A stretch of DNA of 64,000 nucleotides, from positions 1 through 64,000 of the forward strand of contig CAVTDB010000003.1 of assembly GCA_963733375.1 (NCBI GenBank). Direction: 5' to 3'. Shown here one piece after another: positions 20,442 to 31,880 of the stretch (position 1 is its first letter; every line of letters begins with the position of its first letter). The notes beneath the pieces were generated by a model. The model made no database searches. It was not told the origin of the DNA and was given only the letters and a program-made list of their open reading frames with translations. Both the position numbers and the translations under genes were made by a program. Origin of the DNA: Nitrospirota bacterium. Its GTDB lineage: Bacteria > Nitrospirota > JACRHJ01.

Positions 20442-21462
20442 ATGAACAAGAAGCACCAGTGCGCTTTGATGTTATGTCTCGTGTCTTTATTTTTTTTCGC
20501 TTTTATTCAGGATGTGCGGGCTGATCAGGTCACCTCTCCTGACAATGGCGATTCTCTCAGCGGGACAATAGAAAAAATCGTGGCGGGCAAGCTCACCCTT
20601 AAGACGGATTACGCAGGCTCCATCGACATTGATATAACGAAGATAAAAAAAGTCTCACGTCATCCCCCGTAGAAGGTCCGATCTGCAGGACGGCGAGGTC
20701 TTGAAAGGGCAGCTTCAAACGACAGAGGATGGTCAGGTCAAAGTTGAGGGAAGTGACCAGCGGCAGGCAACCTCCTTCGACTGGAATAAGGTTGCATCGA
20801 TTAATCCCCCTCCCGTCAAATGGACAGGCAGCGTCACCGTCGGGGCCAACGACCAGACCGGAAACACACACAAAAACGGAGCAAGTATCGCCATCGCGGC
20901 CTCCAGAAAAACGGAGACGGACAAATTCAGCCTCGGATATCAGTTCAACTATTCCAAGAGAATGACGCAGTCACGGCACGCAATCATTACGGTTATTTAC
21001 ATTATGACTATTTTTTCACCAAGAAATTCTATGGTTATTTAGGTACAGAATTACTGAGCGACACTTTTCGCGACTTGAAACTCAGGGTCGCTGTCGGCCC
21101 CGGCGTTGGATATCAGATCTGGGACGACCCGATAAAGTCCTTTAGTGTTGAAGCCGGTTTGTCGTATATCCACGAGAGCCATGAAACCAGGAGCGACGAA
21201 GACTTCCTCTCCGCCGAGAATCGGCGGGAACTTCAAGTACAACATCGCAAATTTCATCATTTTCACTGACGGTTTAATCCTCTATCCCCGCCTCGACCAT
21301 GTAGGGCGATACCTTCTCCACAATGAAGCCGCGCTGTCCGCGCCGTTAGGCTCCGCATGGGCCCTTAGGTTTGCCAATATACTCGACCACGACAGTAATC
21401 CGAGTCCCGGAAGGGCAGAGAATGACATCCAGTGGCTACTCGGCATGCAATATGCCTTTTGA
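20442..21462 (+). CDS. DUF481/YdiY-like outer membrane beta-barrel (several frameshifts)
   Basis: Signal peptide, NGD.LSG.I N-terminal domain, GPGVGYQ, C-terminal aromatic YAF. Confidence 0.7.
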
Positions 21463-21501
21463 TTAAATGCCAGGCTGCAAGGCGGCGGCAAATAGGACGG
21501 A

Positions 21502-22831
21502 TTATTTTTTCTTTTTCTTTCCCGCCTTCTTCGCGGGCTTCGCGCGCGGAGGTTCCTCTGCCATGGGTTTCGCGGCTTTTGCCTTTGGCGCGGAATAGGT
21601 TTCCGGGGGCCGCCTTATCTCTATTTTCTTTTCTGCCGCCCCTTTCGCCTTCGGCGCGGAATAACTCGCGGCAGCCGGAGGCCTGGTCTCCGCTTTTTTC
21701 GCCGCAACTTCCGCCACAACTTCCGCCGTCTCCCCGGCTTTTCTGTTGTGGTTCGTCGCACAGCGAGCGGTCGTGCAGCCATTTGGAAATATTCGGGGCC
21801 AGCTCTTTCTGGGATTTCGAGCCGACGAAGACGCCGATGTGTCCGCCCTTGAACTCGTAGAGGGACTTATCAACAGAACCTACGAGGTCGTTTAGCGGCT
21901 TGGTCGAGCTGGGCGGGACAAGGTGGTCGGAGCTGGCGTAGATGTTGAGCAGAGGCATCTTTATATTTTTCAGGTCCACCTTTTTGCCGTTAATCTGAAG
22001 CTCCCCTTTTACCAGCTTGTTCTGCTGGTACATTTCCTTTATGAACCGGCTGTACGCGGCCCCCGCCTGTCCGGGGCTGTCGAAAATCCATTTCTCCATC
22101 CGCAGGAAATTCAGGAGTTTCTCCCTGTCCTCCATTATGTCTATCATCTCGACGTACTTGCGGATGTTGAGCGTGAACGGCGCCATCATCAGGAAGCCCG
22201 CGTTTAAAAACTCGCCCGGCACCACCCTGAACACCTCGGCGATCTTGTCCGCGTCCATATAGTCCGCCCAGGAAAAAAGCAGGGCGTCGTGCGTATCGAA
22301 ATCTATCGGCGTGACCAGGGTCACCAGGTTCTGCACCTTCTCGGGGTAGAGCGCGGCATAAATCGTGGAGAAGGTCCCGCCCTGGCATATCCCCATCAGG
22401 TTCACTTTTTTGGCGGGCGTCGTCTTCGTGATAAAATCGACGCAGTCGTTTATGTACTCGTCGATGTAGTCGTCCAGCGTGACGTACATGTCCTGCTTCG
22501 TCGGATAGCCCCAGTCTATGATATAGATGTCCAGCCCCTTCTGAAGGAGCTTCCGGATGAGGCTCCTGTCCGGCTGAAGGTCCAGCATATACTGCCGGTT
22601 CACGAGCGCGTAGACGATGAGCACGGGGACCTTGCACGTTATCTTCCCCTCCTGTACGTAGTGGTACAGTTGCAGCTTGTCTTCCTCGAATACAAGCTCC
22701 TTCGGCGCCGTGCCGACGTCTATCTTCTCGATCGTCGAGATCGTCTGAAGGCCCTTTATGGTCTTCTCGCTTAGCTCGCCCAGTTCCTTGATTATGTTTT
22801 TCGAATCGAAAGCCGCCGCCATGCCGTTCAT
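21502..22831 (-). CDS. phaC: Class III poly(3-hydroxyalkanoate) synthase PhaC with Ala/Lys/Pro-rich tail (frameshift near 21750)
   Basis: YALVNR, GICQGG lipase box, MEKWIFDSP, DHLVP, GGHIG. Confidence 0.92.
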
Positions 22832-23922
22832 GCCGCCTCCCGCTTCTCGTCCGGCTTCGCGCTTAACTCGTCCACCCGCCTCTCCAGGCCCCTGATCTTT
22901 TTCTTCAGGACGTAGATGGTCTTGTAGAGGTCGTCCATCTCGGAGCGGAGCGCGACCGGGACGTCGTAGAGGTACAGCTCCATGAGCTTGAAATTATGGC
23001 CTCTGACGGTCACCGCCGAATTCATCAGGTCGCCCTGCAGCATGGCGTATTCCTTCGTCTTTCCCAGTTCGAGGTATTTCTTCTCGGATACGTCCATCCA
23101 CAGGTCGAAGAACTCGTTGAACCCCCGTATCTCGTTATCCTTGATCCGGCCGGCGAAAACCTCGACCACCCTCTCCGCCGCCTTCAGCCCCGTCATGTAC
23201 ATCACGTACTGGTATTTTACCGCCTTCGACATGAAGACGGACAGGTCGTCCATCCCGCGGAGCAGAAGCTCTATCTTCTCCCTGTCCTTGCCCACCTGCC
23301 TTACGTGGAAGAGCCTGCCGAAGGTGCTGTCGTAGGAGTTGAAGGCGTTATGGAAGATGTTGGTAATGGATTCGGGGTGGCCCTGGATGAGCTGCGGGAG
23401 GTTCTTGATGTTTTCCTGCACGCCGTCCATCCAGGGCCCCAGGAATTCGGTCGCCGCGATGCTCCAGGTGTCGTACACCTTGGAGGTCTGGCTGGATAGT
23501 TCCTTTATGCCGTCCGGGCTGAACCCGAAGGTATTGTCTATGACCTCCTTTAACTTGGCCGGGTCTAAAAGCTTCTGATAGACGCCCGGGTCCGTCGCCT
23601 TCTCCTGCATGGCCTGGAAAAGCGGCATCCATACCTCGTAGAGCTTCAGGTAGACGTTCTGGCCGTTGCACGACTTGAGCAGGGCGTCTTTCAAGACGCT
23701 GACGTTCGGGTATTTCGTGTCCGGGATGGAATGGGCGGCCGTCTGAAGCCATGAGTTGTAAAGTTTCAGGAAGAGCTTGCCGATGTCGTCGCGCGGGGCC
23801 TGCTTCTCCGGCGGCACGAAAAGCGCCTGCCTCAGTTCACCCGCCGATTCTATCCACGACTGGACGAATCTCTCCTGCGACTTAAACCAGTCCCCGAAAT
23901 AACCCGCCGCATCCGTAGCCAT
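22828..23922 (-). CDS. phaE: PHA synthase subunit PhaE
   Basis: Overlaps the phaC start; FFDLW and RSEMDDLYKTIYVLKK C-terminal motifs. Confidence 0.85.
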   Translation of the reverse strand: MATDAAGYFGDWFKSQERFVQSWIESAGELRQALFVPPEKQAPRDDIGKLFLKLYNSWLQTAAHSIPDTKYPNVSVLKDALLKSCNGQNVYLKLYEVWMPLFQAMQEKATDPGVYQKLLDPAKLKEVIDNTFGFSPDGIKELSSQTSKVYDTWSIAATEFLGPWMDGVQENIKNLPQLIQGHPESITNIFHNAFNSYDSTFGRLFHVRQVGKDREKIELLLRGMDDLSVFMSKAVKYQYVMYMTGLKAAERVVEVFAGRIKDNEIRGFNEFFDLWMDVSEKKYLELGKTKEYAMLQGDLMNSAVTVRGHNFKLMELYLYDVPVALRSEMDDLYKTIYVLKKKIRGLERRVDELSAKPDEKREAA

Positions 23923-23958
23923 AAAATTCCTCCGGCCTCCCTCAAGTCCCCGGCCCAG

Positions 23959-24385
23959 TCAGGCTGCTTCTTCCGCGCCCTGCTCCGCCGCCTGGGCCTT
24001 CCGGCTCGCCTCTTCGGCCGCGTGCCTGCCCATCTCGAAGAGGTTGGTGCTCATCCTCCGGCCTATCTCCATCTGCTTGTCGATGGTATGCCTCAAGGCT
24101 TCCTGCATCTTTATGACTTCGTCGGTATAGGCCTTGGAGGTGTTTACCATGGTCTCCACCATCGTGTTGTAGATATTGAAAGCCTCTTTTTGCGCGCCTT
24201 CCATCTCCTGCCCGGCATGCCCCTGGGACTGGGTCGAGCAGATGCGGGCTCAGCATCGCCTCCTGCATCTTCCGGGTAGATTCAGCCATGCGCTCCCAGA
24301 GCTCCTTCTGGGTATTCATCCACGTCTCCATGAACTCTTTCTGGGACTGTACATATGAATCGAGGATTTCAAACTCTTTAGCCAT
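23959..24385 (-). CDS. Small helical phasin-like/PHA granule-associated protein (frameshifted)
   Basis: Amphipathic helical composition; located in the phaEC operon. Confidence 0.5.
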
Positions 24386-24400
24386 TTTCCACCTCCGGTT

Positions 24401-24829
24401 TTATTTGAGCCCTTTAAATAGCTCGAGGATATTCTGTGATAAGTCCTTGTTCATCTCGAACTGTTTGGAGATGATGGACTCCCAGACTTTCTGCGCCCTT
24501 TCCCCCGCCTCGCTGAACAGGTTCATCTGAAGCTGCTTGATCGTTTCCCTTAAGAATTCGTTCTCCTTCTTAAGCCCCTCCTTCTCCTTCACGACCTCGT
24601 CGTATTTGTAATGGGGCATGAAGCCGAGGATTATATAAAAATCCGCCAGCTTCTCGAACATCTCCGGCCCGAAAGGGAAACTGTCCTTCGCGGGGTTCAT
24701 GTTCCAGAACTTCTTCGCCGCCTCTATCCCCTCCGTCTGCATCTTTGAGTTGAAGTCGAAAAGACTCTTCTTGAAAAGAGGGTTCGAAAAAAGGTCCATC
24801 ATTTGTTTGTAGACCTCGGCACTGAACAT
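24401..24829 (-). CDS. Hypothetical coiled-coil protein, first gene of the phaEC operon
   Basis: GGAGG RBS; coiled coil EKEGLKKENEFLRETIKQLQ. Confidence 0.7.
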   Translation of the reverse strand: MFSAEVYKQMMDLFSNPLFKKSLFDFNSKMQTEGIEAAKKFWNMNPAKDSFPFGPEMFEKLADFYIILGFMPHYKYDEVVKEKEGLKKENEFLRETIKQLQMNLFSEAGERAQKVWESIISKQFEMNKDLSQNILELFKGLK

Positions 24830-24906
24830 TTTGCCTCCGCTGGTTGTCAAATATTGTCCCCATCGTTTTAAGTATAGCCGATGGTTAACGCCTGTCAAAA
24901 CGCCTA

Positions 24907-24926
24907 GTTTATAAGCACTTATAAAC
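24907..24926. promoter_or_regulatory. Palindrome GTTTATAAG-CA-CTTATAAAC in the divergent pha promoter region
   Basis: Perfect 9-bp inverted repeat between divergent operons. Confidence 0.55.
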
Positions 24927-25018
24927 AAGTATTGATTATCGCCCCGGGCCCGGTTTGTGCTTATTCAAATCAGGCGATATAATATTGCAGATATTTCAAA
25001 ACATGGAGGTGACCGCAA

Positions 25019-25762
25019 ATGGAAATCGCGGAAAAAAAAATAATCATAACCGGCGGCGGCAGGGGCATGGGAAAACGGTTCGCGCTCGACCTTAAAAAAC
25101 TGGGGGCGAAGCCTTTTATCCTTGACGTGGACCAGGCGAACCTGGACGCCATGAAAAACGATTCCGGCATACCGGGCATGGTCGTGGACGTATCCGACGA
25201 GAAACAGGTCGTGGATTTCCTGGAGAAGTATACCGCCGAGAACGGCACTCCCGACGTCATGATAAATAACGCGGGCATCACCGCGGACGCCCTTTTCATA
25301 AAGAAGAAAGAGGGAGAGGTAATCAGGTTCCCGGCAGGCAACGCCGAGAGGGTAATAAAGATCAACCTGTTCGGGGTGTTCTTCTGCGCCAGGGAGGCGG
25401 CGTACCACATGGTAAAGAACGGGGTGAAGGGCGTGATTATAAATATCTCGTCCATATCCCGCGCGGGCAATGTCGGACAGACGAATTACTCCGCGGCTAA
25501 ATCGGCCGTGGACGCCATGACGGTCACATGGGCCAAGGAGCTGGCGAAGTACGGTATCCGTGTCGGGGCAATCGCGCCCGGGTATATCAACACAGAAATG
25601 GTGGCTAAGATACGCCCGGAGATGCTCGACAAGATTATCCAGAACATCCCGCTCGGACGCCTGGGCGAGATGGAGGAGATATCGTACGCGGTGGAGTTCA
25701 TCATCAGGAACGAGTTCTACACCGGCCGAGTCCTGGAGGTGGATGGGGGGATGAGGATCTAA
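25019..25762 (+). CDS. phaB: SDR acetoacetyl-CoA/3-oxoacyl reductase (PhaB/FabG-like), copy 1
   Basis: TGGGRGMG, NNAGIT, GQTNYSAAK; pha context. Confidence 0.75.
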   Translation: MEIAEKKIIITGGGRGMGKRFALDLKKLGAKPFILDVDQANLDAMKNDSGIPGMVVDVSDEKQVVDFLEKYTAENGTPDVMINNAGITADALFIKKKEGEVIRFPAGNAERVIKINLFGVFFCAREAAYHMVKNGVKGVIINISSISRAGNVGQTNYSAAKSAVDAMTVTWAKELAKYGIRVGAIAPGYINTEMVAKIRPEMLDKIIQNIPLGRLGEMEEISYAVEFIIRNEFYTGRVLEVDGGMRI

Positions 25763-25783
25763 ATTATGTAGGAGGGCAGGGCA

Positions 25784-26527
25784 ATGAAAATCGCAGGAAA
25801 AAAAGCAATTGTGACGGGCGGGAGCAGAGGTCTTGGGAAGAAGATCGCGCAGACCTTGAAAGGTCTCGGCGCAAGTCCTTACGTCATCGGCCGCACGCAG
25901 GATAATATAGACGAACTGCATAAAGAGTTCGGGATACCCGGAGCCGCGGTCGATGTCGGAGACGAAAAACAGGTCGAGGAATTCTTCAGTTCGTACGCGG
26001 CCGAATTCGGCGCCCCGGACATAGTGATAAACAACGCGGGCATCACGGCCGACGCGCTGTTCATCAAGAAGAAGGGCGACGAAGTCGCGAAGTTTCCGTT
26101 CTCCAACTGGGAGCGCGTAATAAACGTCAACCTGACGGGCGTATTCCTCTGCGCCAGGGAAGCGGCTTATCACATGGTGAAGAACGGCGTGAAGGGCATA
26201 ATCATCAACATCTCGTCCATCTGCCGCGCGGGGAACCTGGGGCAGACGAACTACTCGGCGTCCAAATCCGCGGTCGATGCCATGACGGTAACCTGGGCGA
26301 AAGAGTTGTCAAGGTTCGGCATCCGGGTCAGCTCGATCGCGCCGGGCTATGTCAACACGGACATGGTAAAGGACGTCCGGCCGGACGTGATGGAGAAAGT
26401 AATCGCCAACATACCCGTGGGAAGGCTGGGCGAGACGGAGGATATTTCCCAGGCGGTCCGGTTCGTGCTGGAGAACGAGTTCTTTAACGGGCGCGTCCTC
26501 GAAGTGGACGGCGGGATGAGGATTTAA
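25784..26527 (+). CDS. phaB: SDR acetoacetyl-CoA/3-oxoacyl reductase (PhaB/FabG-like), copy 2
   Basis: TGGSRGLG, NNAGIT, GQTNYSASK; close paralogue of copy 1. Confidence 0.75.
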   Translation: MKIAGKKAIVTGGSRGLGKKIAQTLKGLGASPYVIGRTQDNIDELHKEFGIPGAAVDVGDEKQVEEFFSSYAAEFGAPDIVINNAGITADALFIKKKGDEVAKFPFSNWERVINVNLTGVFLCAREAAYHMVKNGVKGIIINISSICRAGNLGQTNYSASKSAVDAMTVTWAKELSRFGIRVSSIAPGYVNTDMVKDVRPDVMEKVIANIPVGRLGETEDISQAVRFVLENEFFNGRVLEVDGGMRI

Positions 26528-26634
26528 AACCTTTTCCACCATTTTTGCGAAAAAGGTGGAGCCAAAAACGGTTAAACTGTTCCAGCTTTCTTTTGTGTTA
26601 CTTTTCTTTCTCCGAAAGAAAAGTAACGGTCTTT
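26526..26634. repeat. Double-hairpin intergenic repeat, copy D
   Basis: TCCACC(A)TTTTT-GCG-AAAAAGGTGGA (26535-26560) and GTTACTTTTCTTTC-TCC-GAAAGAAAAGTAAC (26597-26627). Confidence 0.85.
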
Positions 26635-26647
26635 ATGTGAGGAGATA

Positions 26648-27831
26648 ATGGAAGCATACATAATCGGCGCTGTCAGGACGGCGGTCGGAAGGTTCAACGG
26701 CTCGCTTACGCCCATGAACGCGGTGGAGCTTGGCACGATAGTCGTCAAGGAGATTATTAACCGGGCAAAGATTAACCCGGAGCAGACAAACGAAGTTATA
26801 ATGGGCAACGTCATCCAGGCGGGCCTGGGGCAGAACCCGGCCAGGCAGTCGGCCATACTCGCAGGCCTTCCGGAGAATATACCCTCCTTTACCGTGAACA
26901 AGGTCTGCGGCTCGGGGTTAAAGGCCGTGGCGCTGGCGGGTCAGGCTATCGTGGCGGAAGGTTCCGATATCATCATCGCCGGCGGCATGGAGAGCATGAC
27001 AAACGCGCCCTTTATCTCCCGTTCGATGAGGTGGGGACAGAGGCTCGGCAACGCGGAGATGATAGACACGCTGATAAACGACGCGCTCTGGGACAACTTC
27101 TACGACTGCCACATGGGCATAACCGCCGAAAACGTCGCCGAGAAATATCACATTACCCGAAAAGAGCAGGACGAGTTCGCCGCGCTCTCCCAGCAGAAGA
27201 CGGAGAACGCCATAAAGGAGGGCATTTTCAAGGACGAGATAGTGCCGGTACGGGTAAAACAGGAACGCGGAGAAGACAAGATATTCGATACCGACGAGCA
27301 TCCCAGGTTCGGCACGACGGTCGAAAACCTCTCGAAGTTAAAACCCGCTTTCAAGACGGACGGCACCATAACCGCGGGTAACGCGTCCGGGATAAACGAC
27401 GGCGCCGCCGCCGTGGCGGTGGTATCGAAGAGGATGCTGGACGAGATGAAACCGCCCTGGGCTTTCAGGATACTGGCCTCGCAGGCCTCCGCGCTCGACC
27501 CGGCGTTCATGGGGCTTGGCCCCATCACCGCATGCAAGGCCCTCCTTGCCAAGGCGAACGATCGGCGTAAACGACCTTGACGTCATAGAAGTCAACGAGG
27601 CCTTCGCCTCCCAGTCCATACAGGTCCGGCGCGAGATGGGCTGGGATATGGACAAGGTGAACGTAAACGGCGGGGCTATCGCAATCGGCCACCCGGTGGG
27701 CGCAAGCGGCGCGAGGATACTGGTGACGTTGATTTACGAGATGGTGCGCAGAGACGCCTCGCTTGGGCCTTGCGTCACTGTGCATCGGCGGCGGACAGGG
27801 CATCGCGATGATAATCGAGAGGGCGAGATAA
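26648..27831 (+). CDS. phaA: Acetyl-CoA C-acetyltransferase (thiolase), frameshifted near the 3' end
   Basis: [20 protein letters not shown] and CIGGGQG motifs. Confidence 0.92.
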
Positions 27832-27839
27832 ATCAAAAT

Positions 27840-27866
27840 CAAGGGAGGACGACGTGTCCTCCCTTG
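27840..27866. terminator. Hairpin terminator between convergent genes
   Basis: CAAGGGAGGAC-GACGT-GTCCTCCCTTG. Confidence 0.6.
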
Positions 27867-27884
27867 CGGTTCTGCATGGGCCGG

Positions 27885-29259
27885 CTATTTTGCCGGCCCT
27901 GAATTTTTGGCCGCCGGGCCTTTCTTCGTCTCCTGGCCCGAGATAACCAGGTCCTTTATCGTCCGGCCGCCCGAGGCGTCCGATATTTTTTCTTCCATTT
28001 GCATAAGAAGCGCGTCCACCTCGTGCGCGTCCCCCTTTGCAAGCCGGGCAAAGGCTTCGGCCCCTGCCCTCCTCGCATGCGAAATCAGTTCTTTCACGGT
28101 TATGTTCTCGATATCTTTTCCGGGCAGGTACCCGGCCCCCTCTTCACCCGTTTCATAAATAAGCTTTTCACCCTCCAGGACCCGGACCGTGTCCTGCACG
28201 ATATCCGGCGGGAGCCTCAACCGGGCAGACAGGGTAGCCAGCGTCCAGGGCGGCTTCCCGAAATAAAAATTATATCCGACCAGGTACATCACGAGGACGG
28301 ACAGCTTCTCTTTCAGGCTTCCGCTTAAGGCCTCCGGCGTCTCTTTCAGGCTCGCGTAGCGCGGGTATTGATAGAAAAAAGAGACCGAGCCGCCGACCAG
28401 GAATATGAGCCAGCTCCAGTAAAGCCACATCATGAAAAGTACGACAATGGCGAGACCCGCGTAGATCGCGGAATAGTTGCCGGAAGATACTACAAACGTG
28501 GCGAACGCCCATCCGGTTATCTCCCATGCGACTCCGGCGAATATCCCACCCGCCAGGGCGGAGGTGAACTTTACTTTCGTATTGGGCAGCAGGATATAGA
28601 TGAGCGTGAAGACCGCGCACGTCATGATGTACGGGATCAGGCGGCCAAGGAAAATATATACGACGCCAAACGGACCGATAGCGGCGATCTCTCGCACCAG
28701 CGTGTTGCTCTTAAGGGAGGCGGTCAGGCCTATCGCCGAGAACATCAGTATCGGCCCTACGAGCAGTATGCTCAGGTACTCGCTGAACCTCCTGGATAAG
28801 CTCCTCGGCTTCCTTACCCTCCAGATGTAGTTCAGCGCCTCTTCTATCTTGTATATGACCCCTATGACCGTATAAAAGAGAAGCGACAGCCCGATTACGC
28901 CCAGCACCCCGACCTTCATCCTGCCGATGTATTGAGTTATATTCTGGGTTATCTCCGCCCCCCTGCGGCCCCAAGGGCTTCAGAAAATTGTTCAGCATGG
29001 GTGCGACCTGGTTATGCACCCCGAACGCCGCTAAGACCGAGAAACTTACCGCAAGTAACGGGACGATGGAGAGAAGGGTGGTGAAGACGAGGCTCATAGC
29101 CCGCAGGGCGAGCTGGGGATCCGTGAACTGCCGCGCGGTCAGATAAATTAATTTCCATGCCTTTACAAGATAGGCCTCGTGCTTTTTGAGTGCGCTTTCG
29201 TCCAGGTTCCAGACTTCCTCCGCGAGGAAGCGATATGTCTTATGCAGTGCCGAAAACAT
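27885..29259 (-). CDS. YihY/BrkB family membrane protein with C-terminal winged-helix (frameshift near 28960)
   Basis: [43 protein letters not shown]. Confidence 0.85.
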
Positions 29260-29260
29260 T

Positions 29261-29747
29261 TCAATACTCTTTTACCGGATTCATGACCCAGCGCGCGCCG
29301 GAGCGCAGCCAGTTCTCCTATATGGAATGCGTTATGGTCCGCCGCAAGCAGTATCTCCCGGAAAACCGTATATCCTTCGGCGTGCGGTATGGGGGCAAAG
29401 AGGTCCGTCTTCGGGCTCCGCGCGATAGCCGCCAGCGCCTTTAAGTCCGCCTTGAACCCCTGTACCGTCTTTTTCCATTTCGCGGGAGTCGCCTTCTCGC
29501 CCTCCGGCGGCCAGTAGCCGTCGGGGAAGTCCGGCGAGACGTGGTCTTTGTCCTGTACAAAGTCCAGGATGTCCCATTGGGCAATCCGCATGTGCTCTAG
29601 AAGGTGCCAGACGGTATAGCTGGCGTTCGGGATTTTTTTGTTAATGTCCGTCATGGGAAAATCCGAGACGGCGAAGTCGAAATCCATATGGGCGTTGCCG
29701 CCCAGCAGCAGCGCGAGCAGTTCTTTTCTGATTAATTTAGTGTCCAT
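29261..29747 (-). CDS. DinB family protein
   Basis: GGNAHM, WHLLEHMRIAQWDILDF, DHNAFHIGE. Confidence 0.8.
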
Positions 29748-29860
29748 AACAAAAAGGTACCATTTGCGGGCGATTTTGGAAAGCCCGGCTTTAGAGTCTG
29801 ACTTTGCCTTTTAAGTTCTTCCATAAAATGATATTATCGTAACTTCAACCGGGGCTTTCA

Positions 29861-31786
29861 ATGAAAAAACATAAGGTCATATTCCAGCCGTCAGGCGTCA
29901 GCGGCGAGATAAACGACGGGGCCACCCTGTTAGATGCGGCGCGCCAGCTTGGCGCGGGCCTGGAGAGTATCTGCGGCGGCAAGGGCGTCTGCGGCAAGTG
30001 CAAGGTGCGGGTGGAAGAGGGCAATTTCGAGAGTGACGGCATAGACTCGAAGATGTCCCATTTAAGCGGTTTGACCGATGCGGAGAAGAAATTTATCTGC
30101 CCCTCGGACGGCCCCGGCACGAGGCTCGCCTGCCTTTGCCGTGTGCACGGAGACGTGAAGATTTTCGTGCCCGAGGCGTCCAGGGCCGGGAAGCAGGTAG
30201 TGCGAAAGGGCGCGCGCGAGGTTTCGGTAGACGTACAGCCTGCCGCAAGAAAATACTTCGTCCAGCTGGCTCCCCCGTCGCTGCAGGACATGGGCGAGGG
30301 AGACCAGGAACGCCTTCAAAATGCCCTTCAGGCGCAGTACGGGCTTTCCCGCCTGTCGGTTGATTATTCCGTCCTGAAGGGCATTCAGGATACGTTAAGA
30401 AAAGGCGGGTGGAACGTTACCGTTACGGTATGGCGCGGGAAAGAGATAGTGAAGCTGGAGCCCGGGTTTGCCCCGAATCCGTTTACGGGCTCGCGGTTGA
30501 CGTCGGCACCACCACCGTGGCCGGGTATCTGTGCGACCTTGTCACCGGAAAGGTAGTGGGGACGGAGTCCGCTATCAATCCGCAGGTCGTCTACGGCGAA
30601 GACGTGATGTCCAGGATCACTTACGCCATGTCGAACCCGGACGGCCTCGCCGTTATGCAGGCGGCAATCAGGGAATGCATAAACGGGATAATCGGCAGGC
30701 TGACCGGCGGCATCGGCGGCGGGCAGTCTATCGTGGACATGACGGTCGTCTTCAATACCGTCATGCACCATATTTTCCTTGGCATAGACCCGGCAAACAT
30801 CGGCGTCGCCCCGTTCATCCCGGCATTGGAGCGGCCCATGAACGTAAAGGCGCGCGAGCTGGGTATAGACATCAACCCGTCCTCGTACATACACGTCCTC
30901 CCGGTGGTGGCGGGGTTTGTCGGCCCGGACAATGTCGGCGTCCTGATAGCCGAGGAGCCGTATAAGTCAGCCGAAAAAGTGCTGATAATCGACATCGGCA
31001 CGAACGGGGAGCTGCTGCTTGGCAACAAAGACGGCGTATCTTCCGCATCCTGCGCCACCGGCCCGGCTTTCGAGGGGGCACAGATAAAGTTCGGGATGCG
31101 GGCCGCGAGAGGCGCGATAGAGAGCGTGAAAATAGACCGGCAGACAAAGGAGCCCTCGTTCAAGGTAATCGGCGGCACGAAGGCCAATGGCCTCTGCGGC
31201 TCCGGAGTTATAGACGCCGTGGCCGGGCTTTTCAAGGCCGGGATAATCGACAAGACCGGCAGGTTCGTAATGGACCCGGACACGGCCCGTACGGGGGGCA
31301 GGGTAAGGAGGGACGCCAAGGGGAAGCCCGAATATGTCCTTGCCTGGAAGGACGAGACCGCCCTTGAGACCGACATAACCATTACCCAGGCGGACGTGCG
31401 GGCGGTCCAGCTTGCCAAGGGGGCGCTATACGCCGGCGCGAAGCTTCTTATGCGGAAGATGGGCGTGGAAAAAGTCGATAAGGTGATACTCGCGGGCGCG
31501 TTCGGGAGCTATATAAACAAGGAATCGGCGCTGACGCTCGGGATGTTCCCGGAGTGCGCCCTGGACAATATTTACGCCGTGGGGAACGCGGCGGGAGACG
31601 GCGCGGTAATGGCCCTTATAAATATCGGGAAAAAGGGAAGAGGCCGAAAGGGAAGCGCGGAAGCTTAAGTACATGGAGATAGCGATGGAGCCGGACTTCC
31701 AGGAGGAGTTCCTTGCGGCGATGGATATCCCGGCGCGGGGATTTGACAAATCCGTTAATAGTGGTATAATAGAGTTTAATGAGTGA
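29861..31786 (+). CDS. ASKHA-domain (DUF4445) reductive activator of corrinoid proteins, RACo/RamA-like (frameshifted)
   Basis: 2Fe-2S CGGKGVCGKC...RLAC; DVGTTT, DIGTNGE, CATGPAFEG, GLCGSG, AGAFG, VGNAAG. Confidence 0.9.
31743..31770 (+). promoter_or_regulatory. Consensus sigma70 promoter with extended -10
   Basis: TTGACA-N16-TATAAT with TG upstream of the -10. Confidence 0.8.
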
Positions 31787-31880
31787 GGGATAAATTCAGT
31801 ACCGTAAAGAGGCAAAAACTCGAAAGAGAAAAAAGCCTCCGAAAAGGGAAGAATAAAATTCCTTGCTCATTGTTTTTTTT
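31778..31880 (+). ncRNA. Candidate structured ncRNA, copy 1 (~94 nt plus U-tail)
   Basis: 5' AAUGAGUGAGGGAU pairs with 3' AUUCCUUGCUCAUU; CUC-GAAA-GAG hairpin; T8 tail; homologous to copy 2. Confidence 0.7.

Noticed and set aside
29750-29860. Cobalamin riboswitch upstream of the ASKHA or corrinoid genes (also 59930-60260)
   Set aside because: No B12-box or GGGAA...GCCACTG motifs seen
31808-31850. c-di-GMP-I riboswitch (GGCAAA...GAAA...GCCTCCG resemblance)
   Set aside because: Lacks GACGCAAAGC and the second conserved hairpin, and no downstream gene on the same strand follows; the RNA is closed by its own terminal stem
31796-31870. Antisense 24-aa peptide MSKEFYSSLFGGFFLFRVFASLRY as a type I toxin
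   Set aside because: The equivalent frame in copy 2 stops after 5 codons
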